Of a stretch of 64,000 nucleotides of DNA, positions 26,770-40,834 are shown piece by piece. Location of the stretch: positions 86,800,001 through 86,864,000 of the forward strand of contig NC_042997.1 of assembly GCF_006345805.1 (NCBI RefSeq), read 5' to 3'. Every line of letters starts with the position of its first letter. The first letter of the stretch is position 1. The notes beneath the pieces are model-generated. The model made no database searches and was not told where the DNA came from. It saw nothing but the letters and a program-made list of their open reading frames with translations. Source of the stretch: Octopus sinensis (lineage: Eukaryota). Made by a program: the position numbers and the translations under genes.

Positions 26770-27004
26770 AAATAAACCATTCATTGGCAAACTTTTTTGA
26801 TGAGCGCACTATTAAAAGAAATTCAAAGTAACTTTTCGTTAGATGCGCCATCTAGAAAGTTCCGCAAGTTGCATACGGCCATCGGGACCATAGTTTGCCC
26901 GTGACAAAACAAACCCTTTTAAAGGGAATCTTGAACATGGCATGGCCACAGTTCAATGAATGAAACCAGTACATAAATAAAAAGTAAACAATATATGTGT
27001 GTGG

Positions 27005-27051
<47 letters not shown>

Positions 27052-27960
27052 CGTGCGTGCGTGTGTGTGTTCGTGTGTATGTGTGTGTGTGTGTGTGTGC
27101 GTGTGCGTGTGTGTGCGTGTGCGTGCGTGTGCGTGTGTATTTATGTTTTGGCGTGCTTCCTCAAACGCACTTAAGTTACTCAAAGCTATTTCGTTGGTGA
27201 ATTTTGGAATGGAGAGCCAAATGTGAGTCCAAAACGATTAATGAGCATTTATTAGCACCAACACTGTCTTAGTGAGCCTAGAGGCAAATGGGTGCATTTC
27301 AATTGTGAATATATTTTACACACACGCTTACTGCGATACACAAATACAACACATGTAAATTGTAAGATACTCGTACTTATACTTTCAATACAGATAAGTA
27401 CACACACACACACACACACACCACACACACACACACACACACCACACACACACACAAACACACACACACACACACACACTTTCTCTTTCCTTGACACACA
27501 TTCACACAGACACACACACACACTTTCTCTTTCCTTGACACACATTCACACAGACACACAGACACACACACACACATGCGCATGCGCGTACACACACAGG
27601 CACACGCGCGCACACACACATACGTACACACTCACTTATAATGGGTGTGTGTAAATATACATGAGTGAGAGTAACAAGAACATACAATCGATTCAGTATT
27701 GAATGTAAATATTTTATTGAAACAAAATACAAGGTGCCAGTGACTTCGAAGTTTTGCCGGCAGAGCGCGTATGTGTATAAGTGTACATACATACATACGT
27801 ACATACATAACGTACATACATACATACATACATACATACATACATACATACATACATGCATGCATGCATACATACATACATACATACATACATACATACA
27901 TACATACATACATACATACATACATACATGCATACATACATACATTCATACATACATACA

Positions 27961-27992
<32 letters not shown>

Positions 27993-27996
27993 GATA

Positions 27997-28582
27997 CAGA
28001 AATACCTCACTTTATGAGAACCAGCTTTACGAGACCCCGGGTTTACGAGTTTTATTTTTCAGCTCACTTTTGAATGGTGAGCTGAAATTTTTCAAGCACA
28101 AGATCCAAATTTTGAACAAAATGCAAAAGTTTCTATTACCATAACAGATACTGCTGCGTGTTACCAAGAAATTTATAGAGCTAGAAATAAGCTTCTAAGC
28201 AAACAATTCTAGACTTGCTTTTTAAAAGAAATCTGCAAGTACGTCTACGAGTGCTTGTGAATCGGTGATCGCGCCTAAAAGTGAAGGTATGCGCGAGTTT
28301 AGTGAGAGTGAAAGTGATTCAGAAAATGATAATAATAATATTTTTTATTATACATGATCTTGACATTCTTTTTACTTTAGATAAAATATTCTTTACCTTC
28401 TACTGTTGTTTTATTGCCATTTATTTACAAGTATTATAAATTTTATAGGTAAAATATTTTTTCTGGGAACGAATTACGATTTATAACATTGCTACTATGG
28501 GAAATTATTGCTCTGCTTTACGAGTTTTTGCTGTACGAGCAACCTCTGGAAACAAATCAACTCGTATATCGAGGCATTACTG
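27997..28582. mobile_element. Tc1/pogo (Tigger-like) MITE
   Basis: TA flanks; imperfect TIRs cagaaatacctcactttatgag / ctcgtatatcgaggcattactg. Confidence 0.7.
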
Positions 28583-28659
28583 TACAGATATAATATGTAT
28601 ATATATTAATATATACGTATATTACAATATAATATAAAAGAAAATAACATATATATATA

Positions 28660-28753
<94 letters not shown>

Positions 28754-28827
28754 TATATATACGCGCGCACACGCACATACATATACATACATACATACAT
28801 ACATACATACATACATACATACATACA

Positions 28828-29376
28828 TAGTTGAAAAATATCGTTATAGGTATAAAATACCATAAACAATTATAGAAAAATGGAGGAGAAAAAGATGTTG
28901 AATCAAAACTAGATTTAATACAAAATAGGAATCAATACATATGCGCGTTCCAAAGGACAATACAAATATGTAAGAAAAATATTATAACCATAGTAATTAT
29001 AATTAAATTTATGCATTGTCATTTTCATCAGTGTGAAGAATTTTTGTAAGAAAATCAAAAAGGTTTAATAAAATAAAGTAAATTATAATAAGATACAATA
29101 AAGGAGAATACAAGTGGGGTAATAGGGAAAAATTGGATATTTGCAATGTCATGATATGTCTGTCTTTTTTCTTTTTCGTTTTTCTTACTATTATCACTGC
29201 TTTTCCCCCCTTTAAAACTTGCTTTTTTCTTACATATTTGTATTGTCCTTTGAAACGCGCGTATGTATTGAATCCCATTTTGTATTAAATCTAATTTTGA
29301 TTCAACATCTTTTTCTCCTCCATTTTTCTATAATTGTGTATGGTATTTTTATACCTATAACGATATTTTTCAACTA
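28828..29376. repeat. ~150 bp inverted repeat pair with ~245 bp spacer (foldback/MITE-like)
   Basis: 28828-28980 is reverse-complementary to 29224-29376 with few mismatches. Confidence 0.85.
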
Positions 29377-29659
29377 CTATTTTCATATTATTATTACTTG
29401 TTCTGGGTGTTTTTTTATGAATATGATGAATCTTTATTAGAAATCATTCTTTCTCTCTTTTTGGACCTCTCAAAAAGTTTGAATTGTTCTCTCTTGAACT
29501 TATTTTTTCTTACACACACACACAAACACACACACAAACACACACACACACACACATACACAGATATATATAGGCAAACTACAAGGAATCTTGTGTAGCT
29601 CTGCGTCGACAAGACTTGAAAAAATATAGGAAAAGGTAAAGGGGTTCTGTAAACTTGCC

Positions 29660-30240
29660 GTGAGGAGTAATCCTTCGTCAAGTACATAAAAAGAGAAGTT
29701 GAGGAAAGAGAAATAGAGTTTACATCCTTTCAGCTTGAAAAGCTGACTGCAACTGATAATGGATGCAAAATAACACGGGCTGCTAATGTGAAACAGAAGT
29801 TATAGGAGAGCACGTGCAGAAAGGAAGAGGAAAAAAAGTGATGGAGAGAGAGCAGAGTATGTTGCAGAGAGAAGGTGGAATGAGGATTAAAAAGGGTAAA
29901 AAAGAATTAAGAGGAGGTGAAAGGATGAATGGAAAAACGTTCATTCAGATCTGACGGTGACATAGTGCCAATATCAAATATGAGACGAAGTGAGGTCCGT
30001 GGTGTAAGGCCATGCCACATACTGATAAATCTGCAATAGATTGATTCGCAGTGTTGAAGTGGGTGGCGACAGGTTGGCTTGGCATACGTAGCATTATTCT
30101 TCTGATGTGTTCGCGAAAGCGATCCCCAAGGTGTCGCCCTGGTTCTCCAATGTAAAGAGCACTGCAGAGTTTGCAGCCAGATTTTCAAACTGAGAGGATG
30201 TAAACTCTGTTTCTTTTTCTTCAACTCCTCTTTTTCTATC
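29660..30240 (-). mobile_element. Penelope-like element 3' end: GIY-YIG relic plus pLTR, with an inverted pLTR piece at the truncated 5' end
   Basis: Minus strand CKLCSALYIGEPGRHLGDRFREHIR...PVATHFN...LSVCG.../RLIFDIGTMSPSDLNERFS; 30169-30240 is an inverted copy of 29681-29753. Confidence 0.88.
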
Positions 30241-30634
30241 ATACATACATATATATATGTATGTATTTGTTGTAAAGTTTACCAAAGTGTTCCATAGACG
30301 TGGTTATTTATTTTTTTTGAATTTATATAGATTCTGCAGTTATATGAACGACAATGTAAACGAATTGACATGTAGTATATATTTACGAAATACCATTAAT
30401 ACAGAAGCTCCTCTATGTTTTTCAGTTTTAAATATATGTCGGTCACTTTCTGTATGGTTTTACACACCCCCAAGGCTTTTCCGAGCATTTTGCCCGGCGT
30501 ACCAACGATTCTGCCAGCTCACCGCCTTAAAGAAGCTTCAAGAAATATGTAAGATTTTTTTGCATTCACAATTTATTTCGAGTTAAATTCAACTCCGAAT
30601 AATAGCGTCTTATACATGTCGAGGTTAAAACAAA

Positions 30635-31190
30635 GCGGCGAGCTGGCAGAATAGTTAGCATGCCATGCAAAACGCTTAGCGGCATTTGGTCTGTCTTCAC
30701 GCCCTGAGTTCAAATTCTGTCGAGGTTGACTTAGTCTTTCATCCTTCTGTGGTTGATAAAATAAGTACCAGTTGAGAACTGGGGATCGATGTAATCGATT
30801 TATCCCCTCTTCCGCACTTGTCGGCCTTGTGCCAAAATTTGAAACTAATATATTGGGTTAAAAATCCATTTGGATGAAAAAGAAATCCTAGCTAGTATAC
30901 CTGCTAAATGTCTTTCATGACGCATTAATAATAATAGAAGAAACTTCCAGCATTTGATATGTGTATTTTGACAATGCGGTGAACTGGCAGAATCGTTAGC
31001 ATGCCGAGTAAAATGATTAGTGGCGCTTCGTCCGTCTTCACGTTCTGCGTTCAAATTCGACCGAAATCGACTTTGCTTTTCATCCTTTCAGGATCGATAA
31101 AATAAGTGCTAGTAGAACACTGGGATCGGTGTAATCGACTCACTCTCTCCCCATAAAGTGCTGACCTTGTGCCAAAATTTATAATCACTA
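30635..31190 (+). mobile_element. Two family A SINEs (~30635-30850 and ~30975-31190)
   Basis: gcggcgagctggcagaa / gcggtgaactggcagaa heads and standard body. Confidence 0.8.
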
Positions 31191-31789
31191 TGTATACTTT
31201 GATACATTTTCATGCATCACTCCCTTTACCTTCTATTATACTTCTAAACTCAATATCAGTCGATATGATTTATTAAAATCTATCGAGCTCTTGGATAAAC
31301 TTCCGCGAAAATGCTTTCTTTTAGTATTTACAAAATATGTACATATACAACAGCTTTAATCTGTTTCTAAGTTGCAAATACAGGATACATCAGACAGTTT
31401 GCACTAAAGTTTTACTCGCAAGAAGACGTTTTACTTACAAAAGTAAATTAAATAAACTTACTGCGGAGATCAGACAACTGAATTTACTATGGTGACTGTT
31501 GGAAAATATCAGTATTTTTGTTTTCTATTTATTGGGGACTAAAAATTAAAACTTAGCAGAATCTAGTTTCATCTTTCTTGGTTCTGTTCATAAATATTGT
31601 TGAATTTGCCTTACAACCCTCCAGGGTTAACAACGACGACGACGACAGTAAACACTAAGAGGAGAAAACTTCTTCATGGTTGCTTGACCGGCTAGTAATA
31701 GCGACTAAATTTCTGTCAAATCATTTGCTAACCCTTTAATAAATGTAAAGACATGTTGGATAATGGAGTCGTAGATACGCTGATGTGAA

Positions 31790-32108
31790 GGCGAGTAGCT
31801 TAGTGGTTAGGGTATTCGGGTCACGATCGTAAGGTTGTAAGTTCAATTACCGGCGACGCGTTGTGTCTTTGAGCAAGACACTTTATTTCACGTTGCTCCA
31901 GTTCACTCAGTTGGCAAAAATGAGTAATACCTGTATTTTAAAGGACCAGCTTTGTCACACTCTGTGTCGTGCTGAATCTCCCTGAGAACTACACTAAGGA
32001 TATACGTGTCTGTGGAGTCCTCAGCCACATGCACGTTGATTTCACGAGCAGGTTGTTCCATTGATCGGATCAACTGGAACCCTCGTCGTCGTGACCGATG
32101 GAGTGCCA
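31790..32108 (+). mobile_element. tRNA-derived SINE (third family)
   Basis: tagcttagtgg A-box, aagttcaattacc B-box, gtgtctttgagcaagacacttt core-like domain. Confidence 0.75.
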
Positions 32109-32849
32109 GATACATTGACATCTCAAAGAAACTGTTGTTGGTTGTCTGTAGCAGTCAATTGTACAGCAGTATTTTGAGATAATTTCTCTAAGTATAAATC
32201 TCATGATACCTAGGAAAAAGCGAAAAACATCATGGAATAGCTATGATCATAGGCTTGGTCGATCATAACTTACCTGGAGCTAAACAGTAATATCACTTTT
32301 GGCAACAGCAGTAGCAGCAGCGAAGCACCTGTACTGGAATTTAACTTAGTAACCCGTGGAGCTGATCATTACCATGACTTTACCGACAGCAGCTGGATGT
32401 GGGACAGGTACACAGTGGTAATCCGTACTGTTATATCGACCGTTTGTCTACATCAATCAACACATATTTGTATATTTATTTATTTCATAAACCAAAAGAA
32501 GTATTTGGTTACCTTGCAGCAACATCCATAAATCGATTTATAAGACTAATCCTAAATTTGTCAACAAATTTAAAGTTCTGTATGTATGTATGTATGTATG
32601 TATGTATGTATGTATGTATGTATGTATGTATGTATGTATGTATGTATGTATGTACGTATGTATGTATGTATAGAAGATAGATGTGTGTGTGTGTGTGTGT
32701 GTGTGTGAGTGTATGCGCGCTTACACGCATATCGTTTGCTTTTCTTTTACTTATTTATTTTAATCTTTAATGTTCATTAATTTTAACGAATCAGTCAATA
32801 ATATATTCTCCTTCATTCTTTTCTATTTCTTGCCAATGTGCCATTAGCG

Positions 32850-33217
32850 CAGTGGTTCTCAATTTGGGTCCATATGGCTCCTGAGGGTCCATATAAGATT
32901 TTAGGGGTCCACGCAACCAAATAGTAAATTGGGAATCCACAGTAGTATTTTAAGGGCCCCTGAAAAAAATTTGCTTTAGATGTATATATTGATATGCATT
33001 GCAAGAAACAGCTAGGACTCTTTCTCTAACGTTTCACAATAGTTCAAGCTAGACAAGTTAATGTGTGAAAAACAAATTAGGAATTTTGAAAGAAGTTACT
33101 ATAAAACTAGTTTTTAAATATTGAATGGCTATGGTGGGGTGGGGGTACCAGAATACATTCAGAATACAATAGTAATCAAAGGGGTCCATAAATAAAAAAT
33201 GGTTGAGAACCCCCACT
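32850..33217. mobile_element. hAT-type MITE
   Basis: CAGTGGTTCTCAA ... TTGAGAACCCC termini; homologous to 26457-26769. Confidence 0.75.
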
Positions 33218-33285
33218 AGCTGATCAATGCTTTGGCAGTAGAAATCACCAGGACTTGAACACAAAAAATTCATCGGGCCATGTCG

Positions 33286-33501
33286 TTATCGCAGACTGCT
33301 GCAGAGCGACCGAAAAAAGCAATGGTCTGAAGGTACTATATCAGGAGTGAACAGTGGATACGGTAGAATTTCCCAAATGAACTCTTGAATTGAACTTTTG
33401 CTCAAATTAGTGACGTGGAGCCGAGCTTTGTCGTGTTGAAGAAGCACGCCATATCGCTGGTCGGGTAGTTTCAGCTGGATTGCCTCATTGGGCCGGTGCA
33501 T
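33286..33501 (-). pseudogene. Mariner transposase fragment
   Basis: LLQHDKARLH...WEILPYPLFTPDIVPSDHCFFRSL. Confidence 0.75.
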
Positions 33502-33552
33502 TTACTAAACATAAAGCTTTGCATTGACTTTGTTTTCATTTTCAAGCATCTC

Positions 33553-33800
33553 GTAACGATGAAGAAAAGGAAGTTAAAATGGTATGGTCATATAACAAGA
33601 TCCAATGGTCTTTCAAAAACCATACTTCAAGGAACCGTGGAAGGGATGAGATGGAGAGGCGGACAGAGGAAATAGATGGACAAACAACATCAAGGAAAGG
33701 ACGGGTACATCATCAACAGGGACCCGAGACCTGGCATACAGTTGCGAGAGATACAAAAAAACTGGAATACACTTAGTCGCGACGGCGCTTCTATGATTCT
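33553..33800 (+). pseudogene. RTE (BovB-like) LINE C-terminal fragment, different subfamily from 1013-2244
   Basis: KKRKLKWYGHITRSNGLSKTILQGTVEG.R.RG / RWTNNIKERTG. Confidence 0.8.
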
Positions 33801-33867
33801 ATTGATAGTTGAGGGCCCAAGACAGAACAACAATATGAATCCTGGTTCATGCTAACCACAGGGTGTG

Positions 33868-33905
<38 letters not shown>

Positions 33906-34375
33906 TGTGTATATGTGTGTGTGTGTGCGCGTTATGTGAAATCAGTCTTAGATTACTAAACGTTAATTTGAAGTGGGAGTAGCTTGAAATCTTTTACATC
34001 GGCACGATTTGAATCAAACATACGCACAAATAAATTAGCGTATGGCATTTTGTCAGGCCCTTTACTGATTCTGCCAAACCACCGACCTCTTAATAAAAAA
34101 AAAAGGAAAAATGACAGGTAAGTGTTTGGTGTCAGTGTTGGAATGAGCAAATGAAAAGTAAAATAAAAAGTAAAAGTAAAAATAACAGAAAAAAAACGGG
34201 TGTAAATAATTAGATAACAATCAGAAAAAAAAGACATCCACTAATTAAAAAAAGAACTAAAAAGTAGACTTTTAGGTTAGTTAGGTTCGAAGCATTTAAT
34301 AAAATTATAGAGTATTATAGGAGGAGTTGGAGGGTGAGAGAGAGAAAGAGAAAAAGGGAGTGTGTGTGTATGTGT

Positions 34376-34431
<56 letters not shown>

Positions 34432-34943
34432 GAGAGAGAGAGAGAGAGAGGAGAGAGGGAGAGAGTGAGAGAGGGAAAGGTGGTGGGGAAAAGACAGGCG
34501 ACTTAAAAACAATACTACATACAGTCAGTGTGCTGAAAAGTAAACCTGAAACGAGATAATTATTTCATGATAATTACAGGTGTCGTTTCGGTACTTATAT
34601 GTCTAACAGGTGTAATTAGGGTTGAATTATTTATATTTTGAAGTAGAAACAAAATTTTGAAGCGAACAAACATCCCGAAATAAATGAACAAATACAAATA
34701 AATTGTTAAAAAATATCAAAAAACAACAAACAAAGCAAAACTCGGCAGCAGCAGCAACGGTGATTACGCGCTTGCGAGGTGACTTGCGAATGTATGTGGT
34801 CGCTTGACCTGCTAAAAATAACGGCTAAATTTCGTTCTCATATCGCATCGTCTTGAACAACAAACACATGAATAAATAACAGGAAGCACACATAGATAAA
34901 TCAATGATCAATGTTAGGTAACTCCTAAAATGACAGGATAATC

Positions 34944-35159
34944 CAGGGCCGGAATCAGGGCCGTTTTAGCAGCATTTCAGCCCTCAAGGGGATAAAAATA
35001 AAAAAAATCAATGCTGGACCCTATAGTATTTCTTTCTTGACAGCAACCCACTGAATTCATAGATTAGAATTGGGGCCCCTAAAACCGTGACACGCCTTCC
35101 CTCCTCATTCGCCGCCATCGGGCAACAGCCTAGTGTGCCCACGCTTCAAGATAGCACTG
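34944..35159. mobile_element. Probable hAT-type MITE
   Basis: cagggccgg start and ...gatagcactg end; no clear TSD. Confidence 0.45.
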
Positions 35160-37303
35160 GCTGCAATGTCAAGATTTATCTGCTACGACTAAACACCACT
35201 CTCGCAACAATAACATAAACAACAACGGCAGTAGCAGTAACAACAACAACAACATTGATTACAAGTCAACAATGTTGCTTTAATATGGTCAATCGATCTG
35301 CTAGAAATAACAACGAATCTTTCCCTCAAATTACGTCCCACTCTCTTAAGAAACAAGTGGAGCTTATTGGATAATGCAGTTCTGAATGTCTGATAATAAT
35401 AAATTTTTATCTTTTATTTTTTACTTGTTTCATTCATTTGACTGCGGCCATACTGGAGCACCACCTAGAAGGGTTTTAGGCAAAAAAATCAACTCTAGGA
35501 CTTTTTTAAAAGCCTTGTGCTGATTCTATTGGTTTCTTGGATCTAGTCAAATTGTTTCATAGAATCTGCATTTTTTAAAAGGAAGTAAAAAATCTGAAAA
35601 TCGGTTATATTGATGTAGTTTTTCACTATTATTGCTGTGAATCCATGATCTTGTGGAGAAAAATTTGAGGAAAAAGTTACACAAAGAGGGGAATAGATAT
35701 TCCAGTATCAATTGATTTCGCTTTCATTAGCTAGGCTTACTACGTAAACTATTTAAAAAAATATATTACCATTCTTCTTTGTGGTGTTACAAATGGGGAC
35801 AACTGTTTATATATATATATATATATACACGACAGGTTTCTTTCAGTTTCCGCCTACCGAATCCACTCATAATGCTTTGGTCAACCCGAGGTTATAGTAG
35901 AAGACACTTACCCAAGGTGCCACGCAGTGGAACTGAACTCGAAACCATGTGGTTGAGAAGCAAGCTTCTTACCCCACAGCCACGCCTTGTGTGCTTGTCT
36001 GTGTGTGTATGTATGTATGTACGTATGTATGTGTGCGTGTGTGAGTGTGTTTTTATGTTTGTATTGTGTCACCACCACTACTTGACAGCCGGTATTGGTT
36101 TGTTTACGTTTCTGTAATCTAACGGTTACATCATTCTTTCAGACTTCCTTCCCCTAAGCATTATTCGTCTTGAGATAACATCTCTTATTGATATGCTGTG
36201 TTAAAAACACAATAGATATCAGAGGGAAACGAAAATTCGTCCCCAGCAGGGGCCTTTTCAATGACGCGTTCTTTGAAAAGGGGTTATAACAGGAAGGCAG
36301 GTTAAATGACATGCATATATTCATACACATGTCCATCCGTCGGAGCGACGAGGACCATGTAAGGATTTTTGGGGAAGACCGATGATTTACGTGGTGACTT
36401 TGTTTAAAGTGAAGAAGAGTTGCGCAACCGCCAACCTCATTCTCTCGTCTGTAACCATCTTCAATCCGATGGCAAGGCCACGTCAAGACAACTAGGGATT
36501 GAGACAAGTGCAGTGAATGACCAAGATGTCTTGCTCCATCTTATTCTCTGCTCTCCACAATGCGTTGTCCCAGTTGCCTTCTCTTTTGTAGAACCATTGA
36601 TGTTTCTTTCGTTCAGTCCGCTGGATCTAGTTTCCACATGCATAGACAGGCAACTCGTATTATGATAATAAACCTATAGCCAGGACTCTGAAAGGTGCTA
36701 CTACTCCGGGACAGAGTAGACCTAGGAGCAGTTGTGGCAAAGAGGTGGTTCTACGCTTTCTCAAAACCCTGGAGCTTCCAAACAATGGCCCCACTGCCGG
36801 ATCATATAGTTTCTCTCTCCCACTCACAGTCACATCCCCACCCCACACCCACCAACCCACCCACACGCACACACACACACCACACACACACACACACACA
36901 CGCACACACTCGCTCTCTCTCTCTCTCTTTCTTTCTCTCACTCCTGTTCCCCACTTCTCTCTCACCAAATCTATCAGGCCAGCTGTGACTTCATTAAAAA
37001 TATATTATAGTTATAATTGATTTTATTGGTAATCTTTCATATATGCATGTATATAATTGTCACTAAATGTTAGAACACTCACATTGCTAGAAATAGGAAC
37101 TAAAATGCTCTAATGCTGTAGCTAAAGCACATAATTGTATACATATGTACTGATAGGGACCGTAATCGTCCGAAAGCACCGGTCGAGATCGCGACATCTC
37201 ATTTCTAGCAATGTAGGAGTCCTAACACCCTGGTCACATTTAGTGACAATTATAGTTTTCTTTTTTGGTAAAACATTATACATTGCTGTCTATATATATA
37301 TAC

Positions 37304-37384
<81 letters not shown>

Positions 37385-37440
37385 TATATACACACACACA
37401 CGTATATATATATATATATATATACACACTTACACACATA

Positions 37441-38711
37441 CAAAAATTGTCGCCATTATATATTTTTTTTCATGCATGCGCGTTGCTTGGTTTTTGATTT
37501 TGTCGACTGCACAGTATAGTAGGGTCAGTTGGGCACCATCTGTGAGAAAAATAGAATCATGGCGCAATTCACTCCGCCAGAAATTTGGAAGCGACATGCT
37601 GTACTGCTTGGCATTCGCACTGGAAGCTCCAATACGAACATTTCAGAGTGTTTGGGTGTCAATCCGAGAGCAGTGCAGAGGTTTCGGAAAGAGTTGGATG
37701 AGGTACAGCAGCTCGGAAAACTCACTGTGATCGTTCTGATATGAAAAAAAAACAAAACTGAATTTGTAGGTGAGATCCAGGCCATGATTGACAATGATCC
37801 CTCCAAGTCAATCAGGTCTATCGCCAGGGACATGGGAGTGTCTGAGTTTCTTATCAGGCAGATAGTGCATGAAGACGCTCGGTATTCCTTATACAATAGG
37901 AGTAAGGGCCAACTTTTATCCCAAGCCATCAAGGAAAAGAGGAAAGACCGCACTACGAAACTTTTGTACAAACTCAAGCATCCCCTACAACCGAACATGC
38001 TTTGGTTTTTCTCAATCTAGAAAGATTTCTGCCAGGATCAGATTGTGAACACACAGAACAACCGTTGGCTTACAGTGTCCCCAAAACATGTACCTATAGT
38101 GATAAAAATCAAACATCCAGTCAGCATCATGGTGTTTGGAGTGATCACTAGTGATGGCGACGTTATGGCTCCATTCACCTTCCCACATGGCCTCAGACTC
38201 AACCCTGAGGCCTACATAAAGTGCCTGAACCAGGCAGTGCTGCTCTGGGTCAAGAGGGTGACCGCTGAAAGACCCTATGTCTTGTAACAGGACTCTGCAC
38301 CATGCCACACAAGCAGGAGAACCCAGTCATGGATATCAGACAATTTCTGCAACCACATCACTCCTAATATCTGGCCACCTGACTCGTCAGACTGCAACCC
38401 CCTTGATTATTATGTGTGGTTGCACTTGAGCGAGAGACCAATAAAACTCCTTGTAACACCAAAGATGAACTGAAGACAAGAATTATGGCAGCATTCACCA
38501 ACTTAAACAAGGAGACCGTCCAGAAGAGTTGCAAGAGATTCGAAGGCCCTCTGGAGGCCGTGATTGAAGCCAATGACGACTTTATTGAATGAATTTACTC
38601 TTTAGTATTTCAAGATATTTTTATATGATTTTAGTAAATATATCTGTTAAATTGAGATGTCAGGGTCATTTGGTTGCGCAATTTAGACGACAGTTTATTC
38701 ACCACACCCTG
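37441..38711 (+). mobile_element. Tc1/mariner maT-family (DD37D) transposon; near full-length but disrupted transposase at 37559-38592
   Basis: MLWFFS(D lost), QDSAPCH...WPPDSSDCNPLDY with 37 residues between the Asps; right TIR ...ttcaccacaccctg, left TIR partial. Confidence 0.88.
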
Positions 38712-38715
38712 TGTA

Positions 38716-38755
<40 letters not shown>

Positions 38756-38781
38756 TGTGTGTGTGTGTGAGACAGAGAGAG

Positions 38782-38820
<39 letters not shown>

Positions 38821-38850
38821 ATATGTATGTATGTATGTATGTTACAAATG

Positions 38851-39398
38851 TCAGGTCACCAGTGCTACTGGTAACATGTAACCCAGTACAACCTGTTGCA
38901 TGGTCGGGTCGTCGGCGACTAAACCGGCAACCCCACCAAGCTCGCTTGGTGAGGAGGGTGCTTATTGGTCACCCTGCGGGATGAAAAACAAAAACCCGTC
39001 AAAGGGCGGAGGAACTCTTGAGAGTCAACGGCCATCCAATAAATGTCTTAAAGCTGTATCATGCGCGGGGACATAGAAATAATCGGATTGAATACCCGAT
39101 CGCGCAGTTAAACCATTGGGAGTGAAGGATTCCTAGCCTTTGTCAGGGCATCCTTCTAGGAGAAGGTAACTCAGGTAACTGGGATAACTCCGACATAAAA
39201 CCTGCGGCTCAGTGGTTACCGATGATGTTGACTTGTTCTTCTTTTCGGATTATGGCTGCTGTTGCTTAGTGAGTGGGATTGACTCAGTGCACAGCCTTTC
39301 CTCACTTAAAAAATATCTTCTTGCACAGGCATTGCACGATAACAACATTGATTAAGCTTCGTGCAATGGCCATAATCGATAACGAGGGGGTAGCCACC
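38851..39398 (+). mobile_element. RTE-like 5' UTR fragment flanked by a 12 bp direct repeat
   Basis: ATGTTACAAATG at 38839-38850 and 39399-39410; ggcatccttctaggagaaggtaactc resembles RTE 5' UTR motifs (recalled). Confidence 0.55.
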
Positions 39399-39804
39399 AT
39401 GTTACAAATGACAATAATAACGAAGGTTACATTTTCTTGAAGGGATTCTTGAATACCTCCAAGAAAGCTGTAACCTTTGTTATTATTAAAGCAAAAACCC
39501 TGAAGGGATTCTACCCCTTACAGCTTAAATTCTTAACATTGGATTTAACCCGAATGCTTTGAATTATGCATTACCAAGGGGCCAGAATTGAAACATGTAG
39601 GTTTTTTGAGTATTCTATTGTTTTATAAAAATATTATTTGTATGTATATCTTAGCAACAAACTATGATACAGATAAGTAAACTATACATCCTCAACTCTC
39701 TATTTTCTTACATTAATAATTTTACCTATTATAATAATCCATAACACTCGTGGAAATTTTCTTCAAATGTGAAATTTTTTAATTTATTAATCCTAATGAG
39801 AATA

Positions 39805-39842
<38 letters not shown>

Positions 39843-40573
39843 TATAAATATATAAATAAATATTATATATGCATATATACATACATACATATATGTACAT
39901 GCCTACAAATATATGTATATACATGCATATATGGGTATATGACGTCAAAAAACGTGAACAAAATGAAAAACTTGAACATAAGAAAACAAAAACATAGAAA
40001 ACGAACTTTTTTTTCGAACAAAGAAAGAAACAAATAGAGAAACGAGAGGCAACATAAAGAACAATCCCTTCATTAGTTGTCCCCTGTTTTATCTACTCCG
40101 CGTTCCGAACGTTGGGACAAGATGCGACTTCGTTAAAACAGTCGTTCCCGCAAAGCAAATTAAATAAAATTTGGGATTTGCGGTGGGTTAAAGTGATAAA
40201 AAAAACAGGACAGTAAGAACAAAACAGTAAAAACATACGGTAAGGGTTGTTAAGCCATGACGAGGTGAAGTTGTGAACGCTGGAGAAACGAGCTTTGACA
40301 GGAGACAGGCAAAAGTGTGTCTTGGCTCTTGTAAATCAAGAGGAAAAAGAAAGATAGCCGCTGGTCACGTGTGTGCAACGAGAGAGTCAAGGAGGAAGAG
40401 TGAGGGAGAGAGAGAGAGAAAGAAAACGGTAAAGGGGAGGAGAAGAAAAACAGAAAGAAAGAAGAATAATAGTGGGAGAATAGAGATAGATTATATATAT
40501 ATATGAATGTATATGTATATACACGTATATATATAGTATGTATTATGTATATATATATGTTATAGTATATATA

Positions 40574-40653
<80 letters not shown>

Positions 40654-40793
40654 ATCCAAACAAGAAAGCACAAAAAAAAAAAACACAACGCGAGAACGTT
40701 GAACAAATTAGGAAAGAAGGAAAGAAGGAGGATTTAACGTTTCGAGCGGAGCTCTTCTTGTGAATGAATTTGGTAGAAGGAACCTGAAAGCAG

Positions 40794-40834
<41 letters not shown>

